Shown piece after piece: positions 10,280 to 19,274 of a stretch of DNA of 64,000 nt. The position numbers were made by a program, and so were the translations under genes. The DNA is from an uncultured Acidobacteriota bacterium (lineage in GTDB: Bacteria; Acidobacteriota; Thermoanaerobaculia; Multivoradales; UBA5704). The notes under the pieces were generated by a model that searched no databases, had not been told where the DNA came from, and was given only the letters and a program-made list of their open reading frames with translations. The DNA lies in NCBI GenBank assembly GCA_963752235.1, contig CAVVXL010000011.1, positions 128,599-192,598 on the forward strand, written 5' to 3'. Within the stretch, counting starts at the first letter, position 1. Each line of letters starts with the position of its first letter.

Positions 10280-10387
10280 ATGCGCACCTGCCCCAACTGC
10301 GGCCGGCGGCTCGCCGAGCGCAGGTGCAAGCTGTTCTGCCCCGACCCGCGATGCGGGTACTACCTCTCCTGTTCCGACTACTACTAG
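10280..10387 (+). CDS. 35-aa zinc-ribbon-like small protein ([35 protein letters not shown])
   Basis: Below the ORF-track size cutoff. GGAGGA sits 5 nt before the ATG. CxxC...CxxxC...C pattern. Ends 16 nt before the next gene. Confidence 0.45.
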   Translation: MRTCPNCGRRLAERRCKLFCPDPRCGYYLSCSDYY

Positions 10388-10403
10388 CCGCGGGGGGCTC
10401 CCC

Positions 10404-12817
10404 ATGATCCTCCTCCCCGGCCTCTACCTCGCGGGGCTCGCCTTCCTCCTCGACCGCGCGCTGCGGCGGTGGTGGGAGCCGGTGCCGGGGCGGGTGTGGG
10501 CGGTGTTCGCGCTCCTCCTGGCGGTCCTCTTCGGGCCGGCGCTGTTCCTGGGCAAGGTGCTGTTTCCGGCCGATATCCTCCCCGGGGTGGCGCTGCCGGA
10601 GAACGCCCGCAAGCCGCCGGAGGGAAACGTCCTGCAGAGCGATCTGATCACCCAGATCGCCCCGCTCCAGGCGCAGGTCCGGCGCTCTCTCAAGGCCGGC
10701 GAGTGGCCGCTGTGGAACGACCTCGCGGGGGCGGGGATGCCTCTCCTCGCCGATCCGCAGTCGCAGACGCTCGAGCCGCTGGTCTTCCTGGCCTTCCCCC
10801 TGCCGCTGCCGGCGGCGATCGGGGTGACGGCGGGGTTGCGGGTGCTGACCGCGCTGGTCTTTTTCTTCCTGCTGCTGCGGCGTCAGGAGCTGTCGGTCCC
10901 CGCCGCCCTCTTCGGCAGCGTGGCGTTCGGGCTCGGCGGGTTCCTCCTCCTCTGGCTCAACTGGCCGCTCGCCAACACCCCGGCCCTGCTGCCGCTCGTG
11001 CTCTATGCCCTGGTGGTGACCGCCGACCGCGGGGCGCGGCGGGACTTCCTGCTGCTCGCCGTCGCCCTCTTCGCGCTGCTCGCCGGCGGACATCCCGAGA
11101 CGATCCTCTACGTCGCGATCGTCGGCTCCCTCTTCGCCCTCTCGCGGCTCCTCCGCCGCCGGTCAAGCGAACGGGTCCGGCTCCTCGGACGCTGGGCGCT
11201 GGCGGCGGCGATCGCCGCGGGGGTCGCGGCGCCGGGGTGGGTGCCGGCCGCCCGGTTCGTCCCGCAATCGCTGCGCAGCCACCGCCTCGTGGTGCGCAAC
11301 GAGCGGATGGCGCACGACCCCGCCGCCTTCACCGGGTGGGAGACGCTGCGCGGGCATCCGGAGCGGGAGGCGGGGATCGAGAAGCGCGCCGTCTCGGTGT
11401 TCGCGCCGAACGCCTGGGGGAACAGCCGCTGGGAGGATTCCTACTGGGGGGACGCCAACAGCAATGAGGACGCCTCGGCGTTCGTGGGGAGCGCCGCGCT
11501 GCTCGCCGCCCTGCTCGCCTTCTGGCCAGCGTGGCCGGCGCGGCGCTTCCCCGAGGAGCGGATCTTCCTGGTCCTGGCGCCCGTCTGCCTGCTGATCGCG
11601 GTGCACATCCCCAGCCTCACCCGCCTGCTGGTGCGGGTTCCGCTGCTCGATCAGTCGATCAGCGCCAATCGCCGCCTCCTCCTGGTGCTCGGCTTCGCGC
11701 TCGCCTATCTCGCGGCCTGCACCGTGGAGCGCTGGCGGCGGGGGGAGGGGCCGCCGCGCGCGGCGGTGATCGCCGGCGGCGCGGCGCTCCTCGCGCTGAT
11801 CGCCTGGGGCTACGGGCTCTCCCCGCAGCGCGAGGAGCTGCGGGCGTTGCGCTATTTCTGGATGGGGTGCCAGCTCGCGGCGGTCGCGGCGACGGCGGGG
11901 TTGCTGGTCCTGCGAAAGCCGCGGTGGGCGGTCTGGGGCTTCGCCGCGCTGGCGGCGGCCGAGCTGCTCGTCTTCCACGCGCCGGCGAACCCGTCGCTGC
12001 CGCGCAGCGCCTTCTATCCGGTGTCGCCGGCGATCCGTTTCCTGCAGGAAAACGCGGCGGGCTCGCGGATCGCGCCGCTGGCCAACCGGCTGCTCCCCAA
12101 CTCCGCCGTCGTCTACGGTCTGGCGGACGTGCGGATCTCGAACCCGATGAAGCCCGCCCTCTACGCCCAGGCGGTGGGGCCGGTGAGCGTCTCGATCCGC
12201 ACCACCGAGCACATCCTGAACGTCGCCGAGCACCCGCTCTACCAGCTCCTCGGCGTGCGCTACGTGGTGGCGCCGCAGCGGATGACCTCGATCCCCGGCC
12301 TGCGCCAGGTCTTCCGCGACGCCACCTCGCGGATCTACGAGCGTCCCCGGGTGCTCCCCCGCCTCTTCCTCCCCGCCGCGGTCGAGAGCGCCGGCGCCGA
12401 GCCGTGGCCCGACTGGCTGGAGGAGAATCCCGATTTCGCGGCGCGCGCCCTGGTGGCTCCGACGCGCGGACCGTCCGCCGCTGTGGACGGCCGCCCGCCC
12501 GGCCGAGTCGGCGCTCGCGCGGGCTCTCCCTTCACCCCGCCCATCTCGGCGCCCGCGGCCGCTTCGCCGAGGAGCGCCTGCTCGCCTCGAGCGTCTATCA
12601 GGACGGCGGTTGGAGCCTCCTGCTCGACGGCGCGCCGCGGCCGACCGTGGTGGCGGACGGCCCCTTCGTCGCCGCCTGGGTCCCCGCCGGCGAGCACCGG
12701 CTGGACCTCCTCTACCGGGCGCCGGGGCTGCTCGCCGGGGTGGCGCTGGCGGCGCTGGCGCTCGCCTTGGGGGCGGCCTGGCTGGTGGCGCCCCCTGGCG
12801 CCCGCGGCGCAAAATAA
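10404..12817 (+). CDS. YfhO-like polytopic membrane protein (putative glycosyltransferase), with apparent frameshift(s) at ~12470-12530
   Basis: N-terminal 690 aa of ORF 10404..12920 (GEWPLWNDLAGAGMPLLADPQSQ, many TM helices). The C-terminal domain SSVYQDGGWSLLLDG...WVPAGEHRLDLLYRAPG is in the frame of ORF 11531..12817. Confidence 0.7.
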
Positions 12818-12861
12818 AAGGCGGCCCGCAGGCCGCCTTTTTCACATCCGGTCGGTCGCGC

Positions 12862-13909
12862 TTACTTCGAGGCGGTCTTGCTGCCGGCCCGGCGCAGCTC
12901 GTCGTCGACCACCGTGGTGATCGTGTCGAGCGGCACGGCGCCGTTGATGAAGCGGCCGTTGACGAAGAGGGCCGGGGTGCCGTTGACGCCCGCGGCCTGG
13001 CCGGCCTTCTGGTCGACGAGAGATGGCCGCGGCCTTCTCGCCCGAGTCGAGGCACTTGTTGAACTTGTCGGCGTTGACCCCCAGCTTGGCGGCGGTCGCC
13101 TTGAGCTGGTCGACGCCGAGGGCGTTCTGGTCGGCGAACATGGCGTCGTGCAGCTCCCAGAACTTCCCCTGGTCCATGGCGCAGAGCGACGCCTCGGCGG
13201 CCTTCTGGGCGTTCTGGTGGAAGGGGAGCGGGTACTGACGGAAGACGACGCGGACCTTGTCGCCGTACTTCTGCTCGACCTGCTTGATGGTCGGGGTCAG
13301 GCGGGAGCAGAACGGGCACTGGAAGTCGGAGAACTCGACGATCGTCACCGGGGCGCTCGCGACGCCCTGGGCCGGACCGGTGGCGGCCACCTCGACGCGG
13401 ATCGGCTCGAGCTTGTAGTCGACCTTGTACTTGTCCTGGAGCTTCTTGAAGTACTCGCCGCGCGACTTCTGCTGCCCCTGCTGCTCGAGGTAGGTCTTGA
13501 TCTGCGCCGCTACCTGCTCCTTGGGACGGGGGATCTGCGCCTTGTTCTGGTCGTAGAAGGCGTCGACGTCGGCGTCGGTCACCGCGGCCGGCTTGATCTC
13601 GGCGAGCAGCTGGTCCTTGGTGATCTTGCGGGAGGCCGCCTCGGCGTCGAGCAGGCGGTCCTGGACGACGGACTCGAGGCTGTTCTCCACCAGCTCGTGG
13701 ACCTTCTGCTGGTACTCGCGGTCGAGCGCCTTGAACTGGTCGGCGTTAGCCTGGCGGATCTCGGCGTCCGTGATCGCCTTGCCGTTGACGACGGCGAGCA
13801 CTCCCGAGCCGCCGGCGGCGTCGGCCTTCCCCTGCGCGCAGGCCGGCAGGGCTCCCAGCGCGACGAGCAGCAGCGCTCCGGGGATCAAGGGTTTACGAAA
13901 TGCATTCAT
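12862..13909 (-). CDS. DsbA-family thiol:disulfide oxidoreductase with an N-terminal SurA-N-like region, with an apparent frameshift at 13018-13024
   Basis: Signal peptide, VTIVEFSDFQCPFCSRL (CPFC). The tail AGVNGTPALFVNGRFINGAVP...SKTASK* is read only after a 1-nt shift; true stop TAA at 12864-12862. Confidence 0.8.
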
Positions 13910-14047
13910 GGGTCTGACTCCTTTTTCGTGGACGGTGACTCAGAGGCTGCCAACACATCGGGAGGGGAATAGATTTCCACCAGGGCCAAAATCGGATGGA
14001 CATTTTAGCACAGGCCCCCTGTGCAGCCCTTTCATTGAGCAGGGTGC

Positions 14048-14910
14048 TCAAAGGGCGAGATGGCGAGCCACCAGCCCCTCGAGGATGCGCTCGGCGGTGA
14101 TGCCGCGCAGCCGCATCGCCGGCCCTTCGAGCAGCGCCTCGGCGAGCGCCAGCCGGGCGCGGCGGCCGGCCGGCGGCGCGCCGTTCGCACTGCCGGGGCA
14201 TCCGCCGCCGGCGCGAGAGAGCGCAGCACCGCCGAGGCGGCGATTCCCCAGGGGCGCCCCGAGCGCGGGTCCTCCCAGCCGCCGGCGCCGGCGAGCGCCG
14301 CGGCGGCCGACAGGAGGTAGACCGGGGAGCGGCTGGCCTCCCATGCCGCCACGGCGGCGCCGAAGCTGCGCGCCAGCGGCTCGACGACCCCGGGATCGAG
14401 GGCCTCGGCCGCCCCCAGGAAGACGGCGAGCGAGCGGCTGCGCAGGGTGGGGAGGAGGTCGAGCCGCGAGGGGGCGAGCAGGAAAAAATTACGCGGTGCC
14501 GAAACGTGGGGCTCCTCGAGCGACTTCAGGAGGGCGTTGGCGGCCTCGCCGGTCAGGCTCTCGGCGCTGGCGACGACGAACACCTGCCCGCGCGCCTCGA
14601 ACGGCGACACCTGGGCCGTGCGCAGCATGGTGCGGGTGGCTTCCACCGAGGTCGAGGCCTTGAGGTCGCGCTCGAGCACCACGAAGTCGGGGTGGAACTG
14701 CGTCCCTTCGACCGCCGCGTCGGGCCACACGATCCGCCGGCAGTGGCGGCAGACGCCGCAGGGGCGCTCGGCGGCCGGCGCCTCGCAGAGCAGGGCACGG
14801 GCGAGGGTGAGGGCCGCCGCGCGGCGCGCCCCGGCATCGCCGCCGTCGAGGATCACCGCCGGATAGAGGGAGCCCTGCCGCGCCGAGCCGAGGGCCGCCG
14901 GGAGGTTCAT
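14048..14910 (-). CDS. holB: DNA polymerase III delta' subunit, with an apparent frameshift at ~14160-14215
   Basis: CGVCRHCRRI zinc module, ANALLKSLEEP, and LLPTLRSRS (SRC-like). The C-terminus ...RLALAEALLEGPAMRLRGITAERILEGLVARHLAL is in the frame of ORF 14048..14344. ATGA overlap with tmk. Confidence 0.7.
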
Positions 14911-15584
14911 TCCTCCACCTCGGCCACCTCGGCCACGTCGTCCACGTCGGCGGGGAACAGCTCGGTGAGCACCCGGGCGAGCGCCGCCGCGGTCTCCTGG
15001 ACGGGGCCCGCGGAGTCGATCACCCGGAAGCGCTCCGCCTCCGCTTCGGCGCTGGCCAGGAAGCCGCGCCGCACCCGCTCGTAAAAGGCGAGGTCCTCGG
15101 CGTCGAGGCGGTCGACCTCGCCCCGCCCCTGGCGCGAGGGGGAGTGGCCGCGGGCCCGCGCCGCCGCGGCCGGCAGGTCGAAGAGGAGGGTGCGGTCGGG
15201 GCGCCGCCCCGCCGTCGCCAGGCGGTCCACCTGGTCGATCGTCGCCAGCGGCACGCCGCGCCCATACCCCTGGTAGGCGCGCGTCGAGTCGGTGAAGCGG
15301 TCGCAGAGCACGTGGCGGCCGGCGGCGAGCGCCGGCTCGATGACCTCGAGCAGGTGCTGGCGGCGGCTGGCGAAGACCAGCAGGAGCTCGACGACGCCGT
15401 CCATCGTCCCCCACCGGCGGTCGAGGAAGACGGCGCGCACGGAGTCGCCGAGCGGCGTCCCTCCCGGCTCATGGGTGACGAGATGGGGAATCCCGCGCTC
15501 GGCGAGCCCGGCGGCGGCCCGCCGCAGGTGGGTCGACTTGCCGCTGCCGTCGAGCCCTTCGAAGGTGATGAACAGGGGCGACAT
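14907..15584 (-). CDS. tmk: thymidylate kinase
   Basis: FITFEGLDGSGKST P-loop, DRFTDST, 225 aa. Confidence 0.9.
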   Translation of the reverse strand: MSPLFITFEGLDGSGKSTHLRRAAAGLAERGIPHLVTHEPGGTPLGDSVRAVFLDRRWGTMDGVVELLLVFASRRQHLLEVIEPALAAGRHVLCDRFTDSTRAYQGYGRGVPLATIDQVDRLATAGRRPDRTLLFDLPAAAARARGHSPSRQGRGEVDRLDAEDLAFYERVRRGFLASAEAEAERFRVIDSAGPVQETAAALARVLTELFPADVDDVAEVAEVEE

Positions 15585-15773
15585 GGAGACCGAACGTTAC
15601 CATCCGTGCGGGCCGGAGCAAACCGGGCTAGGATAAGCCCCCGGAGAGTTGGAGTATGGTCCCTCTACCCGAGGGACGTTGTCCGGAATCGGGCCGGAGA
15701 TTTGCATGCCGTCTCCGGCGGTATAAGTTCGAAAAGTTAACCTTCAGACCCAACCGTTGTGGAGGAGCATCCA

Positions 15774-16091
15774 ATGGCCGAGAAAAAAGCGAGCGCGCCG
15801 AGCGCACCCAAGAAAGCCCCCGCCAAGAAGAGCGGCGCGGCGAACAGCGCCTTCATGGCGCCGCTGACGCCGGACGCGGCGCTGGCGGCGGTGGTCGGCA
15901 GCGCCCCCCTGCCGCGCACCGAGGTCACCAAGAAGATCTGGGAGTACATCCGCCAGCACAACCTGCAGGACCCCAACGACAAGCGCACGATCAAGGCGGA
16001 CGCCAAGCTGAAGGCGATCTTCGACGGCAGGGACTCGGTCACGATGTTCGAGCTGACCAAACTGGTCAACTCCCACCTGAAGAAGGCCTAA
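15774..16091 (+). CDS. SWIB/MDM2 domain protein with a Lys/Ala-rich N-terminal tail
   Basis: GGAGGAG sits 6 nt before the ATG at 15774. ...PRTEVTKKIWEYIRQHNLQDPNDKRTIKADAKLKAIF... is typical of SWIB. Confidence 0.8.
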   Translation: MAEKKASAPSAPKKAPAKKSGAANSAFMAPLTPDAALAAVVGSAPLPRTEVTKKIWEYIRQHNLQDPNDKRTIKADAKLKAIFDGRDSVTMFELTKLVNSHLKKA

Positions 16092-16118
16092 GCCCCCCAG
16101 AGGCGCCGGGGCTCGGGC

Positions 16119-16152
16119 CTCAGAGGCGGGGCGTTGCGCCCCCGCCCCTGAG
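16119..16152 (+). terminator. GC-rich hairpin after the SWIB gene (13-bp stem, 1 mismatch, no T-tract)
   Basis: CTCAGAGGCGGGG-N8-CCCCGCCCCTGAG, read directly. Confidence 0.35.
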
Positions 16153-16220
16153 CCCTCCCCGGCGTCTGGAGGAATCTCTCCGGAGGAAATTCCGGAGCAC
16201 GCCCCGCCCTCCGAGCTGCC

Positions 16221-17261
16221 ATGCAAACCGCCGCCGGCACTCCCATTCAGTGGGGGCTCTTCCTCGTTCTCGTCCTCGCCATGATGGCGCTCGACCTGGG
16301 GGTGCTCCACCGCCGGGAGCATCGGGTGGAGCTGCGCGAGGCCGCGGTGTGGAGCGTCGTCTGGACCGTCCTCGCCCTCGCCTTCAACCTCTGGGTCTGG
16401 CGGCGTTTCGGCGGCCCGGTGGGGGTCGAGTTCCTCACCGCCTACGTCATCGAGCGGGCGCTCAGCTTCGACAACCTCTTCGTCTTCGTCCTCATCTTCA
16501 ATTACTTCGCCGTCGCCGCGGAGCACCAGCACCGGGTGCTGTTCTGGGGTATCCTCGGCGCCCTGGTCTCCCGCGGCCTGTTCATCGGCCTGGGCACGGC
16601 GCTGATCTCCCGCTTCGAGGTGCTGCTCCTCGTCTTCGGAGCCTTCCTGGTCTACAGCGGCATCAAGATCTTCCGCGGCGGGGAGACCGAGGTCCACCCG
16701 GAGAGCAATCCGGTGGTGCGCGCCTTCCAGCGCCTGGTGCCGATCACCGGCCGCTATCAAGGCAAGCGCTTCTTCGTGCGCGAGGGGGGGCGGACCTGGG
16801 CGACGCCGCTCCTGCTGGTGCTGGTCGTCGTCGAGGTCACCGACGTGGTGTTCGCCGTCGACTCGATCCCGGCCGTGTTCGGGGTTACCCGCAGCGCCTT
16901 CATCGCCTTCAGCTCGAACATCTTCGCCGTCTTCGGCCTGCGCGCGCTCTACTTCCTGCTCGCCGGGCTGATCCGCACCTTCCGCTTCCTCGGCTACGGC
17001 CTCGGGGTGGTGCTGGTGTTCGTGGGCGCCAAGATGCTGGCCTCGCGCTGGCTCGAGATCCCCGCCGGGATCTCGCTCGCCGTCGTGCTGGGGATCCTCG
17101 CCCTGGCGGTCGGCGCCTCGCTGCTGCTCCCGCCGCGGCAGGAGGCGGCGGCGGAGGAGGAGGTCCTGCACGACCCCGCCGAGAACGTCGAGGAGGATTT
17201 CCGGCAGTCGGCGGCGGCGCGGGAGATGGAGGCGGAACGGGAGTTGGAGATCGGCGAGTAA
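16221..17261 (+). CDS. TerC/Alx family integral membrane protein
   Basis: EFLTAYVIERALSFDNLFVF and AVDSIPAVFGVT motifs. Confidence 0.85.
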   Translation: MQTAAGTPIQWGLFLVLVLAMMALDLGVLHRREHRVELREAAVWSVVWTVLALAFNLWVWRRFGGPVGVEFLTAYVIERALSFDNLFVFVLIFNYFAVAAEHQHRVLFWGILGALVSRGLFIGLGTALISRFEVLLLVFGAFLVYSGIKIFRGGETEVHPESNPVVRAFQRLVPITGRYQGKRFFVREGGRTWATPLLLVLVVVEVTDVVFAVDSIPAVFGVTRSAFIAFSSNIFAVFGLRALYFLLAGLIRTFRFLGYGLGVVLVFVGAKMLASRWLEIPAGISLAVVLGILALAVGASLLLPPRQEAAAEEEVLHDPAENVEEDFRQSAAAREMEAERELEIGE

Positions 17262-17308
17262 GCAGGTAGGATTCCGGCGGAAATCAACTCCGATCGGAGG
17301 CCCTGCCC

Positions 17309-18487
17309 ATGGTGAAGGTCTTCATCCCCCGCGAGCGCCGCCCGGGGGAGACCCGCGTCGCCGGCACCCCGGAAACCGTCCGCCGGATGGCGAAGCTGGG
17401 CCTCGAGGTCGTCGTCGAGCGCGGCGCCGGCGAAGCCTCTCTGTTCCACGACGCCGAGTACGAGGCGGCCGGCGCCCGGCTGGTCGACGACCCCGCGCCC
17501 GCCTGGGAAGAGGCCGACGTGGTGCTCAAGGTGACCCCGCCCGGCGCCTTCCCGGGGCTTCCCGGCCACGAGGCCGAAGGGCTGAAGCCGGGGGCGGTGC
17601 TGATCGGCTTCCTCGCTCCCCACCGCGACCCCGAGATGGTGCGCACGCTCGTCGCCGGCAACGTCACCGCGCTCGCCCTGGAGCTCGTCCCCCGGGTCAC
17701 CCGCGCGCAGTCGATGGACGCCCTCTCCTCGCAGGCCTCGATCGGCGGCTACAAGGCGGTGCTGCTCGCCGCCTGGCGCCTCCCCAAGTACCTGCCGCTG
17801 CTGATGACGGCGGCGGGGACCATCAAGCCCGCGCGGGTAGTGGTGATGGGCGCCGGCGTCGCCGGGCTCCAGGCGATCGCCACCGCCAAGCGGCTGGGGG
17901 CGGTGGTCGAGGTGTCGGACATCCGCCCGGCGGTCAAGGAGCAGGTCGAGTCGCTAGGGGGGAAGTTCATCGAATTGCCGGTGATCGCGAGCGGCGAGAG
18001 CGGCGAGGGACAGGGGGGATACGCCCGCGAGATGGGCGAGGAGTTCCTGCGCCGCCAGCGCGAGATCGTGCAGCGCCACCTCGCCCAGGCCGACGCCGTG
18101 ATCACCACCGCCCTGGTCCCCGGCCGCCCGGCGCCGCTGCTGGTCACCGCCGAAATGGTTCATGCGATGCGCGCCGGCTCGGTGATCGTCGACCTCGCCG
18201 TCGAGCAGGGGGGGAACTGCGAGCTCTCCAAGGCCGACCAGGAGGTGGTCGAGAACGGCGTCCTGATCCTCGGCCCCTCGAACCTGCCGGCCGCCATGCC
18301 CCACGACGCGAGCCTGCTCTTCGCCAGGAACGTCTTCGCCCTCCTCCAGCTCCTGCTCGACAAGGAGGGGAAGCTGGTGGTCGACGTCGCCGACGAGGTG
18401 ATCGCCGGGGCGCTGCTGACCCACGGCGGCAAGGTTTCCCACGCGCCGACCGCGGAGCGTTTGGCGGCGGCCGCGGTCCCCGCCTAG
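17309..18487 (+). CDS. pntAA: NAD(P) transhydrogenase alpha subunit part 1 (AlaDH/PNT domain)
   Basis: PRERRPGETRVAGTPETVRRMAKLG and VVVMGAGVAGLQAIATAKRLGA (Rossmann fold). Confidence 0.8.
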   Translation: MVKVFIPRERRPGETRVAGTPETVRRMAKLGLEVVVERGAGEASLFHDAEYEAAGARLVDDPAPAWEEADVVLKVTPPGAFPGLPGHEAEGLKPGAVLIGFLAPHRDPEMVRTLVAGNVTALALELVPRVTRAQSMDALSSQASIGGYKAVLLAAWRLPKYLPLLMTAAGTIKPARVVVMGAGVAGLQAIATAKRLGAVVEVSDIRPAVKEQVESLGGKFIELPVIASGESGEGQGGYAREMGEEFLRRQREIVQRHLAQADAVITTALVPGRPAPLLVTAEMVHAMRAGSVIVDLAVEQGGNCELSKADQEVVENGVLILGPSNLPAAMPHDASLLFARNVFALLQLLLDKEGKLVVDVADEVIAGALLTHGGKVSHAPTAERLAAAAVPA

Positions 18488-18562
18488 AGGATCGGCGTCT
18501 CCCCCGCCGCGTCCCGTTTCCTCGCGCTCTTCGCACTCGGTAACCAAAGGGTTACCACGAAA

Positions 18563-19258
18563 ATGACCGACGATGATCGCGGCGGCGGGCTCGGGATCGC
18601 AGAGTCCGCCGCCGGCCTCCTGATCGGCGAGGACGGTGGCACGCGCTCGCTGCTCGCGGCACTCGACCGCGTACGCTCCGGGCTCGACCGCGAGCGCGCG
18701 GCGGCTCCCGCCCTGGCCGACGAGCTGCTGGCGCTCGACCCCGAGCTCCGCGAGGCGCGGTTGCGGCGGGACGTCCGCTTCCAGACCTGGGGGCTCTGCG
18801 AGCTGCTGCTCTCCCGCAGCCTCGCGGCGATGACGGGGCCCGGCCCGGCGGCGGCGGAAGCGCTCGCCTGGCTGGCGCTCACCGGCGCCGAACGGCTCGA
18901 TCCCGTCCTCCATCCGCCGCCGGTGGTCGGCGACCTCAAGGCCCGCATCTGGGCCGCGGCCGGCGAGGCCCGGCGGCGGCAGGGGGAGCTCGCCGGCGCC
19001 GAGGCGGCGCTCCGCGAGGCCGCCGCAGCCCTGGCCGCGGGGACCGGCGACCTGCTGGTCGAGGCCCATCTGCTGGAATTCGAGGCCGCGGTGCGCCGCG
19101 CCGAGGCGAGGACCCGGGAGGCCGCCGCGCTCCTCAAGCAGGCCGCCGCGCGCTACCGGCAGGCCGGCGAGACGCTGCTCCTCGAGCGGGTGCTCGCCGA
19201 GCGGGAGACCGTCCTCGCCGAGTCGAACACGCCCCAGGAGCCCGTGCGCTACTTCTGA
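18563..19258 (+). CDS. Ala/Leu-rich helical hypothetical protein
   Basis: 231-aa ORF in the only frame with a coherent helical-repeat composition. No family named. Confidence 0.5.
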   Translation: MTDDDRGGGLGIAESAAGLLIGEDGGTRSLLAALDRVRSGLDRERAAAPALADELLALDPELREARLRRDVRFQTWGLCELLLSRSLAAMTGPGPAAAEALAWLALTGAERLDPVLHPPPVVGDLKARIWAAAGEARRRQGELAGAEAALREAAAALAAGTGDLLVEAHLLEFEAAVRRAEARTREAAALLKQAAARYRQAGETLLLERVLAERETVLAESNTPQEPVRYF

Positions 19259-19274
19259 CCGAACTGATGAAACA

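Noticed and set aside
16092-16220. yybP-ykoY (Mn) riboswitch upstream of the TerC-family gene
   Set aside because: I looked for the conserved GGGGAGUAG / GAGAC-type cores and four-way junction. I found only a GC hairpin that looks like the SWIB terminator.
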